A stretch of 64,000 nt of DNA from Candidatus Babelota bacterium (GCA_013286795.1 JABDFA010000008.1:7283-71282), one strand, 5' to 3'. Positions 38,984 through 49,282 are shown, numbered from the stretch's first letter. Program-made: numbers and translations. The notes: generated by a model not told the origin, from the sequence alone.

Positions 38984-39487
38984 ATGGAAAACAGTTTAAT
39001 AGACGTTGTTGTTAGCGTAAGAAGGGTTACTAAGGTAACCAAAGGCGGAAAAAGATTTGCATTTTCTGCTTTTGTAGTTTCCGGTGATAAAAATGGGAAT
39101 GTGGGCTTTGCTTTAGGTAAAAGTCGTGAGGTTTCAATAGCTATAGCAAAGGCTACAGCAAGAGCGAGAAAAAATATGGTTGAAATCCCATTGCGTGGTT
39201 CAACAATAGCATATCCAGTTCAAGGCAAGCATGGTTCTAGCAGAGTTACTATACGTTCTGCTTATAAAGGAACAGGGGTTATAGCTGGTGGTGCAAGTAG
39301 AGCTATTATGGAAGCGTTAGGGATTAAAGATGTTTTGGCTAAAACGTTAGGTTCAAGAAATCAGCAAAATGTTGCCAAAGCTACTCTGAACGCATTATCA
39401 AAATTACGTTCTGCATCACACATGGCAAGGTTAAGAGGTAAAACAGTAGAACAATTAATAAAAGGATCCCATGTTTCAGCTGAATAA
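38984..39487 (+). CDS. rpsE: 30S ribosomal protein S5
   Basis: V..V.RV.KV.KGGKRF.F.A.VV.GD..G.VG...GK..EV..AI.KA. Confidence 0.96.
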   Translation: MENSLIDVVVSVRRVTKVTKGGKRFAFSAFVVSGDKNGNVGFALGKSREVSIAIAKATARARKNMVEIPLRGSTIAYPVQGKHGSSRVTIRSAYKGTGVIAGGASRAIMEALGIKDVLAKTLGSRNQQNVAKATLNALSKLRSASHMARLRGKTVEQLIKGSHVSAE

Positions 39488-39911
39488 TTTAACTCCATTA
39501 GTTAAGAAACGCAAAAGAGTTGGTCGCGGTGGCAGCAGAGGTGGTACATCAGGAAAAGGTTATAAAGGACAAAAACAACGTTCTGGTGGTTATGTTGCTC
39601 GTGGATTTGAGGGTGGGCAAATGCCGCTTTCTCGTCGCTTGCCAAAGCGTGGTTTTAATAATACTAGATTTAAGACTGAATATAGTATTGTTAGCCTAGA
39701 AACTCTTGAAAAGTTTTTTAACGAAAATGACATTGTTGATAAAATACAGTTAATTGAAAAAGGTGTTATTAAAAAAAATCATCCTCTTAAAATTTTAGGT
39801 GGATCTAAGTTAAATAAAAAGTTAAATATAACAGCAGATGCATTTAGTGCTTCTGCTATTGATGCAATAAATAGTGTTGGTGGTAAGGTGCAGTTTACAA
39901 AGGAGATGTGA
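39471..39911 (+). CDS. rplO: 50S ribosomal protein L15
   Basis: L..L.P.....K.RKRVGRG.....GTSGKG.KGQK.RSGG. Directly follows rpsE, with no L30 gene between them. Confidence 0.95.
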   Translation: MFQLNNLTPLVKKRKRVGRGGSRGGTSGKGYKGQKQRSGGYVARGFEGGQMPLSRRLPKRGFNNTRFKTEYSIVSLETLEKFFNENDIVDKIQLIEKGVIKKNHPLKILGGSKLNKKLNITADAFSASAIDAINSVGGKVQFTKEM

Positions 39912-39915
39912 AGCT

Positions 39916-41226
39916 GTGATTTTTTTAAAAAGCTTTAAAAACATTTTTCTTATTCCTGAATTAAGAAAAAAGATATTATTTACATTGGGTGTACTAATAA
40001 TTGACAGATTAGGAACGTTTATACCTATAGCGGGTGTTAACGTAACTTTATTGGGTCAATATATGAGTCAAGCTTCTAATTTGGGTATGTTTTTTAGCTA
40101 TTTAGATACATTGTCTGGTTCAGCAATAGCAAAATGTACCTTATTTGCTCTAGGTATCGCTCCATATATAACAGCTTCTATTATGATGCAGCTCTTGGGA
40201 ATGTCTATTCCTTTTTTTGAGCAGCTTCTTAAGGAAGGTGATTATGGAAGAAAGCAATTTAATCAATATACTCGTTATTTGGCTTTGGCGCTAAGTGTTT
40301 TCTATAGTATTTCTTATGCAACATTTCTTGAGAGTCAAGGTTTAGTTATTAATCCAGGTTGGGGATTTAGATTTTTATTTATTATTTCTTTAACATCTGG
40401 GGCAATGTTTGTTATGTGGCTTGGTGATCAGATTTCCATGTATGGTATTGGTAATGGATCTTCAATGATCATTTTTGCTGGTATAGTTTCAAGATTTCCT
40501 GATTATGTTGCTAGGACTATTAAGTATATAGAACTTGGAAATATTAATGTTTTGTTGGCTATAGCGATACTTTTAATATTTATTGCAATAATTGCATGTA
40601 TAGTATTTCTGGAAAAAGGAGAAAGAAAAATACCGGTGCAATATGCAAGGCGTATTGTAGGTAATAAGATATACGGTGGCCAAAATACGTATATTCCATT
40701 TAAAATTAACACAGCTGGAGTCATGCCTGTAATTTTTGCAAATTCAGTTTTGCAGTTACCTATGTTTTTAATCAATATGCTATCTGCAAGGTTTCCTACG
40801 ATTCAAGCTTTTTCAGCTTGGTTTGCTGTGGGCGGTGCTCTTTTTAATACCTTTGAATTTTTATTAATTATATTTTTCACTTTTTTCTATACAGCCTTGA
40901 TTTTTAATCCAGATGAATTAGCCGAAAATATGAAGAAAAGTGGTGGTTTTATTCCTGGTATTAGACCTGGAAAGAAAACGGCCCAATTTTTTGATTATAT
41001 TTTAACTAGAATAGGATTGGTTGGTGCAATCTATTTGGCATTTTTGGCTATTTTTCCTAACATTCTAACATCGGTTACTAGATTGCCTTTCTATATCGGT
41101 GGAACTTCTTTATTGATTGCTGTAGGTGTAGCATTAGAATTTTCTTCCCAAGCTGAGTCATATTTAATTGAACATAGATATGAGGGATTTTTATCTACGG
41201 GCAAAATTAAAGGAGGATCGCGTTGA
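39916..41226 (+). CDS. secY: Preprotein translocase subunit SecY
   Basis: Track start trimmed to GTG 39916 (AGGAG at 39901-39905; 5 nt after the rplO stop). Ten-TM SecY pattern (LGI.PYITASI..QLL, GNG.S.II..GI). Confidence 0.93.
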   Translation: MIFLKSFKNIFLIPELRKKILFTLGVLIIDRLGTFIPIAGVNVTLLGQYMSQASNLGMFFSYLDTLSGSAIAKCTLFALGIAPYITASIMMQLLGMSIPFFEQLLKEGDYGRKQFNQYTRYLALALSVFYSISYATFLESQGLVINPGWGFRFLFIISLTSGAMFVMWLGDQISMYGIGNGSSMIIFAGIVSRFPDYVARTIKYIELGNINVLLAIAILLIFIAIIACIVFLEKGERKIPVQYARRIVGNKIYGGQNTYIPFKINTAGVMPVIFANSVLQLPMFLINMLSARFPTIQAFSAWFAVGGALFNTFEFLLIIFFTFFYTALIFNPDELAENMKKSGGFIPGIRPGKKTAQFFDYILTRIGLVGAIYLAFLAIFPNILTSVTRLPFYIGGTSLLIAVGVALEFSSQAESYLIEHRYEGFLSTGKIKGGSR

Positions 41227-41900
41227 GCAAGAAAAATGATATAATCATATTTCTTGGACCTCCGGGAGCAGGAAAGGGGTCAATATCTAAGCTTTGTTTG
41301 GATAGGTTCGATTGGATTCAATTATCTACTGGAGCTTTATGTAGAGAACATATATCCAAAAAAACTGATATAGGTAAAAAAATAGATTTTACTATAAAAT
41401 CTGGTAAACTTATACCAGACGATCTTATTGATAGTATTGTTGAAGAATGGCTAATTGATAATTCTGGTTTGGGCAGAACTATAATTCTAGATGGTTATCC
41501 AAGAACTTTAGCCCAGGCTAAGTTTATTGTAAAATTGTTGGATACTAAGTTGCGTTCTTATCAGTTAAAGATAATTAATTTAATTATTTCTCCTGATGTT
41601 GTTGCTTCTAGATTGGCTAATAGGATTGTTTGTAGGAATAATAATTGTCAAGCAGTTTATTCTATATCTGACTCTGCCCATACTCCACAAAATTCAGATA
41701 AATGTGATTTTTGTGGTGATATTTTAATTAAAAGAAGTGATGATGATGCGCTAGCTGTAAAACAGAGATTGTTGGTTTATTGCCAACATGAAAAAGAATT
41801 GTTTGATTTCTTTTCTAAAAATTATGAAATTTTAGAGTTGAATACAGAGAGGCCGTTTGATCAAGTTTTTTCTGATTTTAGAAAGCTTGTGAATATTTGA
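41223..41900 (+). CDS. adk: Adenylate kinase (zinc-lid type)
   Basis: GPPGAGKGS P-loop, ILDGYPRT, lid CRNNNC...CDFCGD. TTG start overlapping the secY stop. Confidence 0.93.
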   Translation: MSKKNDIIIFLGPPGAGKGSISKLCLDRFDWIQLSTGALCREHISKKTDIGKKIDFTIKSGKLIPDDLIDSIVEEWLIDNSGLGRTIILDGYPRTLAQAKFIVKLLDTKLRSYQLKIINLIISPDVVASRLANRIVCRNNNCQAVYSISDSAHTPQNSDKCDFCGDILIKRSDDDALAVKQRLLVYCQHEKELFDFFSKNYEILELNTERPFDQVFSDFRKLVNI

Positions 41901-42670
41901 TTATGATAACAATTAAAAATAAATCTTCTATTGAAAAAATGGAAGTTGCAGGAAAATTATTATCGCAAATAATGTATCAGGTTGCTGAAATCATAGTTCC
42001 TGATGTATCAACTTTAGATATAGACTTATGGATTGAGAATAAATTAAAAGAAAATGGTCTAATATCTAAGGCTAAAGGATATAGAGGATATCCATGTTCT
42101 ACATGTATATCGGTTAATGATGAAGTGGTCCATGGTATTCCTAAAAAGAATAAAATTTTGAAATCTGGAGATTTAGTTAAAGTGGATGTATGTGCTTCAT
42201 GGAAAGGTTATTGTGCTGATATGGCAAGATGTTTTTTTGTAAATCAAAAGTGTTCTGGCCAGGAAGAGAAATTTGTTTCAGTTGCTAAATCAGCATTAAA
42301 TGCTGGTATTGAAAAAGCTTATCCTGGAAACAGACTTTCTGATATATCTTCTGCTATACAGCTTGAAGTTGAAAATAATGGTTATGGGATAGTTAGAGAT
42401 TTTGCTGGTCATGGCATAGGAAAAAATATGCATGAGGACCCAGAGATTTTAAATTATGGAGAGCCTGGTAAAGGGCCGATATTGAGATCAGGTATGACTT
42501 TTGCTATTGAACCAATGATAACCCTCGGTGATTATAATGTTTATATCGCTGATGATGGTTGGACCGTTAAAACAAGAGATAAAAGTTTAGCTGCTCATGT
42601 TGAAGATACTATTCTTATTACGGATAATGGTCCAAGGATTTTAACACGATTAAATGATAGCAGGAAATAA
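41897..42670 (+). CDS. map: Methionine aminopeptidase type I
   Basis: VHGIP, VDV......GY.AD..R.F, HGIG...HE.P, FAIEPM, EDT metal-site motifs. Start is either TTG 41897 or ATG 41903. Confidence 0.93.
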   Translation: MIMITIKNKSSIEKMEVAGKLLSQIMYQVAEIIVPDVSTLDIDLWIENKLKENGLISKAKGYRGYPCSTCISVNDEVVHGIPKKNKILKSGDLVKVDVCASWKGYCADMARCFFVNQKCSGQEEKFVSVAKSALNAGIEKAYPGNRLSDISSAIQLEVENNGYGIVRDFAGHGIGKNMHEDPEILNYGEPGKGPILRSGMTFAIEPMITLGDYNVYIADDGWTVKTRDKSLAAHVEDTILITDNGPRILTRLNDSRK

Positions 42671-42671
42671 G

Positions 42672-42893
42672 ATGAAAAAAGAAGAAGTAATACAAGTTGA
42701 AGGTCTCGTTAAAGAAACTTTGCCTAATGCTATGTTTCGTGTGGAGATTGAGGGGGGGCATGTTATATTAGGTCATGTATCTGGTAAAATGAGAATGAAC
42801 TATATTAGATTATTACCTGGCGATAGGGTAACACTTGAATTGTCTCCGTATGATCTAACTCGCGGTAGAATTGTAAGGCGCATAAAAGGTTAA
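42672..42893 (+). CDS. infA: Translation initiation factor IF-1
   Basis: Track start trimmed to ATG 42672. [41 protein letters not shown]. Confidence 0.96.
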   Translation: MKKEEVIQVEGLVKETLPNAMFRVEIEGGHVILGHVSGKMRMNYIRLLPGDRVTLELSPYDLTRGRIVRRIKG

Positions 42894-42912
42894 ATTTTAA
42901 GGATAAACAATA

Positions 42913-43029
42913 ATGAAGGTAAGAACTTCAGTAAAACCTATGTGTGATAGTTGTCGTATAATCAAACGGCAAGGTATTGTTTTTATAATATGTAAAAAAA
43001 ATGCTAGACACAAGCAACGACAAGGATAA
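42913..43029 (+). CDS. rpmJ: 50S ribosomal protein L36
   Basis: Too short for the ORF track; found by hand. [38 protein letters not shown] (38 aa, C-x2-C...C-x4-H), between infA and rpsM. Confidence 0.95.
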   Translation: MKVRTSVKPMCDSCRIIKRQGIVFIICKKNARHKQRQG

Positions 43030-43060
43030 AGGAATAAAATTTTAGGATTTAGAGGAATAT

Positions 43061-43450
43061 ATGGCTAGAATATCTGGTGTGAATTTACCTGAAAATAAAA
43101 GAATAGAATATGCACTCCCATATGTATTTGGGCTTGGACTTAAGAATTCAAGAGACATTTTATTAAAATTAAAAATTAATTTTGATACTAGAGTTAAAAA
43201 TTTAACCAATGATGAAGTTGCGGCTATTCAGCAAGAAGTTAACAATAATTATTTAACTGAAGGTGACTTGCGTAAAGAGATTACCTTGAATATTAAAAGA
43301 TTACAGGAAATAGGTAGCTATCGTGGGTTAAGACATAAAAAGGGATTGCCTGTTAGGGGTCAAAGAACTAAAACCAACGCAAGAACTAGAAAAGGTCCTC
43401 GTAAGGCCGGTGGAGCTATAGCCTTGAAGAAAAAGGTGACTAAAAAATAA
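43061..43450 (+). CDS. rpsM: 30S ribosomal protein S13
   Basis: MARI.GV.LP..KR.E.AL.Y..G.G......IL; ...[22 protein letters not shown]. Confidence 0.96.
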   Translation: MARISGVNLPENKRIEYALPYVFGLGLKNSRDILLKLKINFDTRVKNLTNDEVAAIQQEVNNNYLTEGDLRKEITLNIKRLQEIGSYRGLRHKKGLPVRGQRTKTNARTRKGPRKAGGAIALKKKVTKK

Positions 43451-43498
43451 TAAGTTAGTTGATTATTGTATTTTTATAATTGAAAGAATAACAGATAA

Positions 43499-43882
43499 AT
43501 GGCATATAAAAAGAAAACTAAAAAAGTTAAACGCCAGGTTGAAACCGCTATTGCGCATGTTAAGTCAACGTTTAACAATACAATGGTATCTATCACTACC
43601 GAAAGCGGAGATGTTTTGTTGGCATGTAGCGCTGGTAGATTGGGATTTAAAGGTTCCAGAAAAGGAACGCCTTTTGCAGCATCACAAGTAGGTAATACTT
43701 TAGCAAAAGATATGTCGATCATGGGTATTAAAAATGTTGAAGTAAATATGCAAGGTCCAGGAAGCGGTCGAGATTCAGTAGTTCGTTCGCTACAAGCTTC
43801 TGGCTTTAATGTAACAGTACTTCGTGATGTTACCCCATTGCCACATAATGGTTGTCGTGCTCCTAAGAAACGTAGGGTTTAA
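43499..43882 (+). CDS. rpsK: 30S ribosomal protein S11
   Basis: A.AHV.STFNNT.VSIT...G.VL...SAG..GFKGSRK.TPFAA; DVTP.PHNGCR.PK.RR. Confidence 0.96.
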   Translation: MAYKKKTKKVKRQVETAIAHVKSTFNNTMVSITTESGDVLLACSAGRLGFKGSRKGTPFAASQVGNTLAKDMSIMGIKNVEVNMQGPGSGRDSVVRSLQASGFNVTVLRDVTPLPHNGCRAPKKRRV

Positions 43883-43890
43883 GGATTAAA

Positions 43891-44442
43891 ATGAAAAGAG
43901 AAAACACGGAAAATCAAGGACAGAAAGCAGTTTCAAAGCGACCTGCCAAGAAAAAATCTCAATACGGTACACAACTTTTTGAAAAACAGAAAGTCAAAGA
44001 AATGTACGGTGTTTCTGAAAGACAATTTAGTCGTTTTTTTCAAAAAGCATCTAAGGCTTCTGGTGGTGCCGGTGAAAACTTGCTTAGTTTGCTTGAAAGA
44101 CGCTTAGATAATGTTATTTATAGATTAAAGCTTTCTGTTTCAAGAATACAAGCAAGACAAATTGTAGTTCATGGTCATGTACTTGTAAATGGTAAAAAAG
44201 TTTATTCTCCTGCCTATTTAGTTTCAATAGAAGATCAAGTTTCGCTTGATCCTAAAGTTACAAATAAGGAGAATTTTTTAAAGCAAGTAATAGATAAAAG
44301 GCTTAATATAGGAATTAAAGTTCCAGATTGGTTAGAGCTTGATAAAAGTGAGCGAAGAGGAAAAATTTTAAGAAATCCTGTACGTTCCGATATACAAGCA
44401 CCTATAGAAGAACACTTAATTGTTGAGTTATATTCCAAGTAG
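43891..44442 (+). CDS. rpsD: 30S ribosomal protein S4 (short, cysteine-free N-terminus)
   Basis: YG.QL.EKQK....YGV.ERQF..........G..G.NLL.LLE.RLDNV.YRL; S4 RNA-binding domain. Confidence 0.94.
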   Translation: MKRENTENQGQKAVSKRPAKKKSQYGTQLFEKQKVKEMYGVSERQFSRFFQKASKASGGAGENLLSLLERRLDNVIYRLKLSVSRIQARQIVVHGHVLVNGKKVYSPAYLVSIEDQVSLDPKVTNKENFLKQVIDKRLNIGIKVPDWLELDKSERRGKILRNPVRSDIQAPIEEHLIVELYSK

Positions 44443-44492
44443 TATGGGGCCTTTTGCTGCTTAAATATTATAGTTTTAGGTCGGGAGATTAA

Positions 44493-45554
44493 ATGAGTAC
44501 CAAATTAAAGTATAAACCATTAACTATTCCACAAGTAAAGTGGAGTAAGAAGACATTTAATAATACATTTGGAGAAGTAGTTGCACAGCCATTGGAATCC
44601 GGATTTGGTATAACATTTGGAAATGCATTAAGACGAGTATTGCTGGGTGCTGTCGAAGGTTCGGCTGTGACATCAGTGATTGTCAAGGGTGTTAATAATG
44701 AATTTTCATCTTTGCCTGGTGTTGTTGAAGATATTATGCAAATCTTATTAAACATCAAAGAAATTGTTATCAAAAATAAAGAAGGCAATCCGGGCAAGAT
44801 GCATTTAAATGTTAAGGGTGAAGGTGTTGCTAGAGTTGCTGATATAAAAGCAGATGCGCATTTAGAACTTGTAAATCAAGAACATGTTATTGCTCATTTA
44901 GCAACTAATGGCGAAATTGATATAGAATTTTTTGTTGAATCTGGAAGAGGTTATCAACCAGCTCAATGGCCAATCGGTAAATCTTTACAAGAAGATAACC
45001 GTATATATATTGATGCCATGTTTTCTCCAGTAATCAAAGTTTATTTTGATGTGGAAAAAACACGTGTAGGAAAAGATATAGATTATGATAAATTAACTTT
45101 GAAGATTCATACAGATGGATCTGAAAGTCCTTCAGAAGTTCTTCATTATTGTGTTTCTGTATTGCGTACTCAGTTAGAACATTTTTTAATAGATCCTGAA
45201 ATACCGTTTAACGAAATTTCTGCATCTATGGAAGAATCTAAAGAAGAAGAAACTGAAGATGTAACAAATTCAAGTCTCAAGGGCGTTAAAGCAGAATTAT
45301 TGTTTAAGCCTATTGAAGAGCTAGAATTATCTGCAAGGGCCCAAAATTGCTTAATTACTTCTGATATAAAACGCATCATTGATCTAGTAAATTTAACAGA
45401 TGATGATGTATTGAAGATAAAGAATTTTGGTAAAAAATCTTTGCGTGAAGTAAAAGATGCTATGAAGACATATAATTTATCTTTTGGAATGGACATCAAA
45501 GAATCTGATGCTAAAAAATTACTTAAAGATAAAGATAATGAAGAAACTGAATAG
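44493..45554 (+). CDS. rpoA: DNA-directed RNA polymerase subunit alpha
   Basis: GFG.T.GNALRRVLL; C-terminal domain ELELS.RAQNCL....I..I.DLV.....D.L.I.NFGKKSL.E. Confidence 0.96.
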   Translation: MSTKLKYKPLTIPQVKWSKKTFNNTFGEVVAQPLESGFGITFGNALRRVLLGAVEGSAVTSVIVKGVNNEFSSLPGVVEDIMQILLNIKEIVIKNKEGNPGKMHLNVKGEGVARVADIKADAHLELVNQEHVIAHLATNGEIDIEFFVESGRGYQPAQWPIGKSLQEDNRIYIDAMFSPVIKVYFDVEKTRVGKDIDYDKLTLKIHTDGSESPSEVLHYCVSVLRTQLEHFLIDPEIPFNEISASMEESKEEETEDVTNSSLKGVKAELLFKPIEELELSARAQNCLITSDIKRIIDLVNLTDDDVLKIKNFGKKSLREVKDAMKTYNLSFGMDIKESDAKKLLKDKDNEETE

Positions 45555-45565
45555 ATAGGATAAAT

Positions 45566-45922
45566 ATGAGACATCAGAATGGTAGAAAAAAATTAAATTT
45601 AAAGCCTTCGCATAAAAAGGCTTTAATGCGTAATCAGGTGATTCATTTTATTACATTTGGTCACCTTACCACCACTAAAGCACATGTTAAAGAAGTGCGT
45701 CGTCTTGCAGAAAAATTAGTTACACTTGCTCGTTCGGGATCTAATTTTTCTAATTTGAGACGTGCAAGAATGATGCTTCCTTACAAAGATGATGCATTAG
45801 CAAAACTTTTTAAAGAAATCGCTCCGAAATATGTTGATCGTCCTGGTGGTTATACACGTATAATTCCTATGGGTAAACGTGCTAGTGATACTGCTACAAT
45901 CGCTCGTCTTGAGTGGATATAG
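45566..45922 (+). CDS. rplQ: 50S ribosomal protein L17
   Basis: MRH....KLN...SH.KAL.RN.......H....TT..KAKE.RR.AEKL.TLA; GGYTRI. Confidence 0.95.
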   Translation: MRHQNGRKKLNLKPSHKKALMRNQVIHFITFGHLTTTKAHVKEVRRLAEKLVTLARSGSNFSNLRRARMMLPYKDDALAKLFKEIAPKYVDRPGGYTRIIPMGKRASDTATIARLEWI

Positions 45923-45929
45923 TTTATAA

Positions 45930-46160
45930 ATGAAAACGCTTGAATCCCGTGTACAAGAAGCTTTGGATGAAATTAGAATATTTATTCAAGCTGATGGCGG
46001 TGATATTGAATTAATTAAAATTCAAGACAATAAAGTTTTTGTCAAATTGAAGGGTGCCTGTATTGGGTGCCCTTTGTCATTTATTACTCTTTCTATGGGT
46101 GTTGAAGAAGCTGTCAAAGAAAAAGCCCCTGAAATTACTGAAGTTGTTCGAGTTGAGTAA
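45930..46160 (+). CDS. NifU-like Fe-S cluster assembly domain protein (Nfu type)
   Basis: I...IQADGGDIEL......KV.V.L.GAC.GCP.S..TL..G.E. Confidence 0.85.
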   Translation: MKTLESRVQEALDEIRIFIQADGGDIELIKIQDNKVFVKLKGACIGCPLSFITLSMGVEEAVKEKAPEITEVVRVE

Positions 46161-46205
46161 GCATTAGACTTCCTCCAAAACCAAATATAAAATTTTCTTG
46201 AGAGA

Positions 46206-46255
46206 CCGTTCGTGGTGAGTGTTTTTGCTTTAGCAAAAATGTATCGAATCATGAA
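46206..46255. repeat. GC-rich hairpin repeat (copy 2)
   Basis: ccgttcgtggtgagtgTTTTTGCtttaGCAAAAAtgtatcgaatcatgaa aligns with the reverse complement of 6146-6190. The central stem differs but remains self-complementary. Confidence 0.8.
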
Positions 46256-46297
46256 AGCAAATAAAACACACACTGTTTTTTTCTAGAAAAATTTTAT

Positions 46298-46533
46298 CCA
46301 ATCCGTTCGCCCTGAGCGAATTCTGAACGAGCGTTTACGCGAGTCGAAGAGAGAGTTGAATGGGTAAAAAATTTAATAAATTCTTATATTTTTATAAACA
46401 ACTTTTTTCAAAAAATATTCAATTAAGATAATATTGCAAAGTTTTGATTTTATTTCTTAATATAAAAAACCCATTCGACTCATTCTTCAACTCACTACGT
46501 TCGTTCAGAATTCGCTCAGGGCGAACGGATTGG
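46298..46533. mobile_element. GC-rich MITE-like element (copy B)
   Basis: Arms 46298-46364 (ccaatccgttcgccctgagcgaattctgaacgagcgtttacgcgagtcgaagagagagttgaatggg) and 46470-46533 are near-perfect reverse complements flanking a ~105-bp AT-rich core. No ORF. Arm sequence shared with 19072-19248. Confidence 0.65.
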
Positions 46534-46654
46534 ATATAAGCAACGTGTGGATTTATATAAAAAGATGTGGGTAATGCATAGCCACCACGAATGGATTTGA
46601 TGAATTTTATTATTAGTCTGATTAAAGATGCTCAGGACCAGATTAGTTGTTGCA

Positions 46655-47491
46655 TTACTTCACTTCTTCTCGCGATTTTTTTTCCTCTTCACCTTCAATT
46701 TCACCTTCAATATATTCTCCAGTTAAATCGACTAGAACATTTGGAAGAATATTTGTATTTTGAAGCGCTTTGCGTACATGATTAATTCTAAGATTCTTGT
46801 CTATTTTTTTTCTTCTGAGATTTATTTGTTCTATAAAATTTAAAATGGATTTATTGATCACTTCTTCACTATCATAATCTATCTTTGGGACGTTATTTAA
46901 TGCATCTATATCTTCTTGTGTTAATTTTGTACTATACCTTAACAGTATGATTCTATATCGATCATAGTCCTTGTTTGTTTTAAATACTGGATGATTAAAT
47001 ACAGATATTAGTTGTGGACCATTGATGGTATCACAAGAAGCAGTGTAATAATAAACACTCGCATCCAAACTGATAAGATATTTTATAATTAATCTAGCAT
47101 TTTGGATTAATTTGTCATTAAATGGGCTATATTTAAATAGAAGACCTGTTTGCCAAATTTGAAAACTGGGGCATCCTATTAAAATTGCATCACCTGAAGA
47201 TATATACTCGGTCTTACTAGCAAAATTCATCCATTCTTCAACTGCATAATTATTTATCGCATTAATATTTGCACCAGATTCATGATAAAATTTAGCGTCT
47301 TCTAAATTGCATTTAAATACTGCTGCTAGAAAATACATGTCCAAAGTTTTTTGGGAATTGCGATATCTACAAATTTTTTTGGAAATAGCTTGTTTTAGAT
47401 CTTGAATTTTGCCAAAAGCATGTAAGGGCTTACAAAAACTCAGAACTAATAAAGTTAAAAATAAATAATTTGTTATTTTGTTTAAGTTCAT
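46655..47491 (-). CDS. Secreted ankyrin-like repeat protein (tandem paralogue)
   Basis: Signal peptide MNLNKITNYLFLTLLVLSF; LDMYFLAAVFKCNLEDAKFYHESGANINAINNY; C-terminal LPNVLVDLTGEYIEG. Confidence 0.8.
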   Translation of the reverse strand: MNLNKITNYLFLTLLVLSFCKPLHAFGKIQDLKQAISKKICRYRNSQKTLDMYFLAAVFKCNLEDAKFYHESGANINAINNYAVEEWMNFASKTEYISSGDAILIGCPSFQIWQTGLLFKYSPFNDKLIQNARLIIKYLISLDASVYYYTASCDTINGPQLISVFNHPVFKTNKDYDRYRIILLRYSTKLTQEDIDALNNVPKIDYDSEEVINKSILNFIEQINLRRKKIDKNLRINHVRKALQNTNILPNVLVDLTGEYIEGEIEGEEEKKSREEVK

Positions 47492-47492
47492 T

Positions 47493-48266
47493 TTAAATTT
47501 CTTGTTTTTCTTCCATATATTCTTCAGTTAAGTTCACAGGAAGGTTTGATAAAGTATTTCTAATTTGAACTGTTTTTCGTGTACACTTAATTTTGAGATT
47601 TTTTATTTTTTCTTTTTTAAGTTTTAGGTGAATATCATAATTTAAAATTTCTTGGGCAATTAGTCTTCTATTATCATCTTCATCATTTCTTGATGTATAT
47701 TCCAAAGATTTTATGTCTCTTTTAGTTAGCTTTGTTCCGGATTTTAACAATATTTTAGGTATAACTGAATTTTGTTTATCCAGAGATCTAATAACATGAA
47801 TTGCAAATACTGATACAAATGTTGGATTATTAATAGAATCTAATATAAATCCATAATTTACATCTGCACCTTTAGAAATAAGATATTTAATTATTAATAT
47901 TGCATTTTGAATCGAATCAAAATTATTTGAATAATTAATAATTATTAGAGCTGACCAACCCTGTCTAAGAGGACTTGCAAGAAAATCAGCTTGTTCTTGA
48001 GAAATATACGTAGTTTGTTGAGCAAAGCTATTCCATTGATCAGCAGAAAAATTGTTAATAGCATTAATATTTGCACCACAATCATAATAAAATTTAATAT
48101 GTTGAAAATTATGTTTTGCTACTGCTGCTAAGAAATACATATTTAAAGTTTTTTGAGAACAGGCAGCTTTTGGATCTTTAAATTTTCCAAAGCTTTGTAA
48201 AGAATTATAAAAACTGAGAACTAGTAAAGATAAAAATAAATACTTTGTTATTTTGTTTAAGTTCAT
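47493..48266 (-). CDS. Secreted ankyrin-like repeat protein (tandem paralogue)
   Basis: Track start trimmed to ATG 48266 (GGGGA upstream; MNLNKITKYLFLSLLVLSF). Collinear with 46655-47491; only 1 nt separates the two genes. Confidence 0.8.
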   Translation of the reverse strand: MNLNKITKYLFLSLLVLSFYNSLQSFGKFKDPKAACSQKTLNMYFLAAVAKHNFQHIKFYYDCGANINAINNFSADQWNSFAQQTTYISQEQADFLASPLRQGWSALIIINYSNNFDSIQNAILIIKYLISKGADVNYGFILDSINNPTFVSVFAIHVIRSLDKQNSVIPKILLKSGTKLTKRDIKSLEYTSRNDEDDNRRLIAQEILNYDIHLKLKKEKIKNLKIKCTRKTVQIRNTLSNLPVNLTEEYMEEKQEI

Positions 48267-48418
48267 TTTAATTTCCCCACTGAAATAATACAAAACAATA
48301 TTAAAATATTATAACAATGTTTTTCAGTGATAGCTACCCCTTTTGACAGAGCTCATCTTACTCTTTAAAATTAAACTATAGTTATAACTTTTATCATTCA
48401 AACTATAGGGAATTTATT

Positions 48419-49267
48419 ATGACTTTTACAACAGTTATGTTTCCAATAATAGCTGCGCTTATTGCTCCTGAAGGTAAATTTTTAGAACGCAATACTAAAT
48501 GGAACGCTGCTAATGAACAGCAAAAATATTTCCTTGAAAATATTTTTACAAAAAAAGATGAGCTTTCTAAATTTTCAGATAAAGAACTTAGATGCTGGGC
48601 ATCTAGAGATCATAATGAGCTAAACAAAATAGCCAAAGATAATGGTTTTGATATTCAACTAAAACCGTTTGGTCCTGGTGGTTTTGGTTCTCTATCAATT
48701 TTAGATGTTGCTGTTAAATGGTTAGAAGCTGGAACAAAAACAACGATTAATTATAATAAGGTTGATTATAAAGGTGCTAAAATTTCTAAAGGTATAACAG
48801 TAATGTTAAGTCCTGGTTGGAAGGAGCCATTAATATCAATAGAAACACAAAATAGTGATACAGTTTATATAACTTTTGCAAACCAACCCCTTGAGGGATT
48901 AGAACTTCTAAAGAAAATAAATAAAATTAAATATGATTTTTATTTTTATAAAATTTGTAAACCCATATATGAAAACCTAATTTTTCCTGTTATTGATATT
49001 AATCAACAAGTTGATATCAGTTGGCTTAAGAATATGACTGAAACTTCAGGTTATTTTATTAATCAAGCTTTACAACAGACTAAATTTAAAATGGATGAAG
49101 TTGGCGCACATGTCCAGAGTGCAGTTATGCTTGGTTTTGAAAAATGTGTTAGGCGCGAAACTAATTTTGTTATAGACAAACCATTTTATGTTTGGATAGA
49201 AAGAAAAGGTTGTTCGCTTCCAATTTTTGCTGCATACATAGATGTAGATAGTTGGCAAAAAGCCTAA
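48419..49267 (+). CDS. Serpin-like protein, short/divergent (tentative)
   Basis: C-terminal third resembles the serpin s5A-hinge-s1C/s4B/s5B region: LQQTKFKMDEVGAHVQSAVMLGF...ETNFVIDKPFYVWIERKG...PIFAAYI. An upstream ENLIFPVIDINQQVDISWLKNM resembles the lPkFki...dL..L strand. Only 282 aa and no signal peptide. Confidence 0.4.
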   Translation: MTFTTVMFPIIAALIAPEGKFLERNTKWNAANEQQKYFLENIFTKKDELSKFSDKELRCWASRDHNELNKIAKDNGFDIQLKPFGPGGFGSLSILDVAVKWLEAGTKTTINYNKVDYKGAKISKGITVMLSPGWKEPLISIETQNSDTVYITFANQPLEGLELLKKINKIKYDFYFYKICKPIYENLIFPVIDINQQVDISWLKNMTETSGYFINQALQQTKFKMDEVGAHVQSAVMLGFEKCVRRETNFVIDKPFYVWIERKGCSLPIFAAYIDVDSWQKA

Positions 49268-49282
49268 TAAAAATGAATTAAA

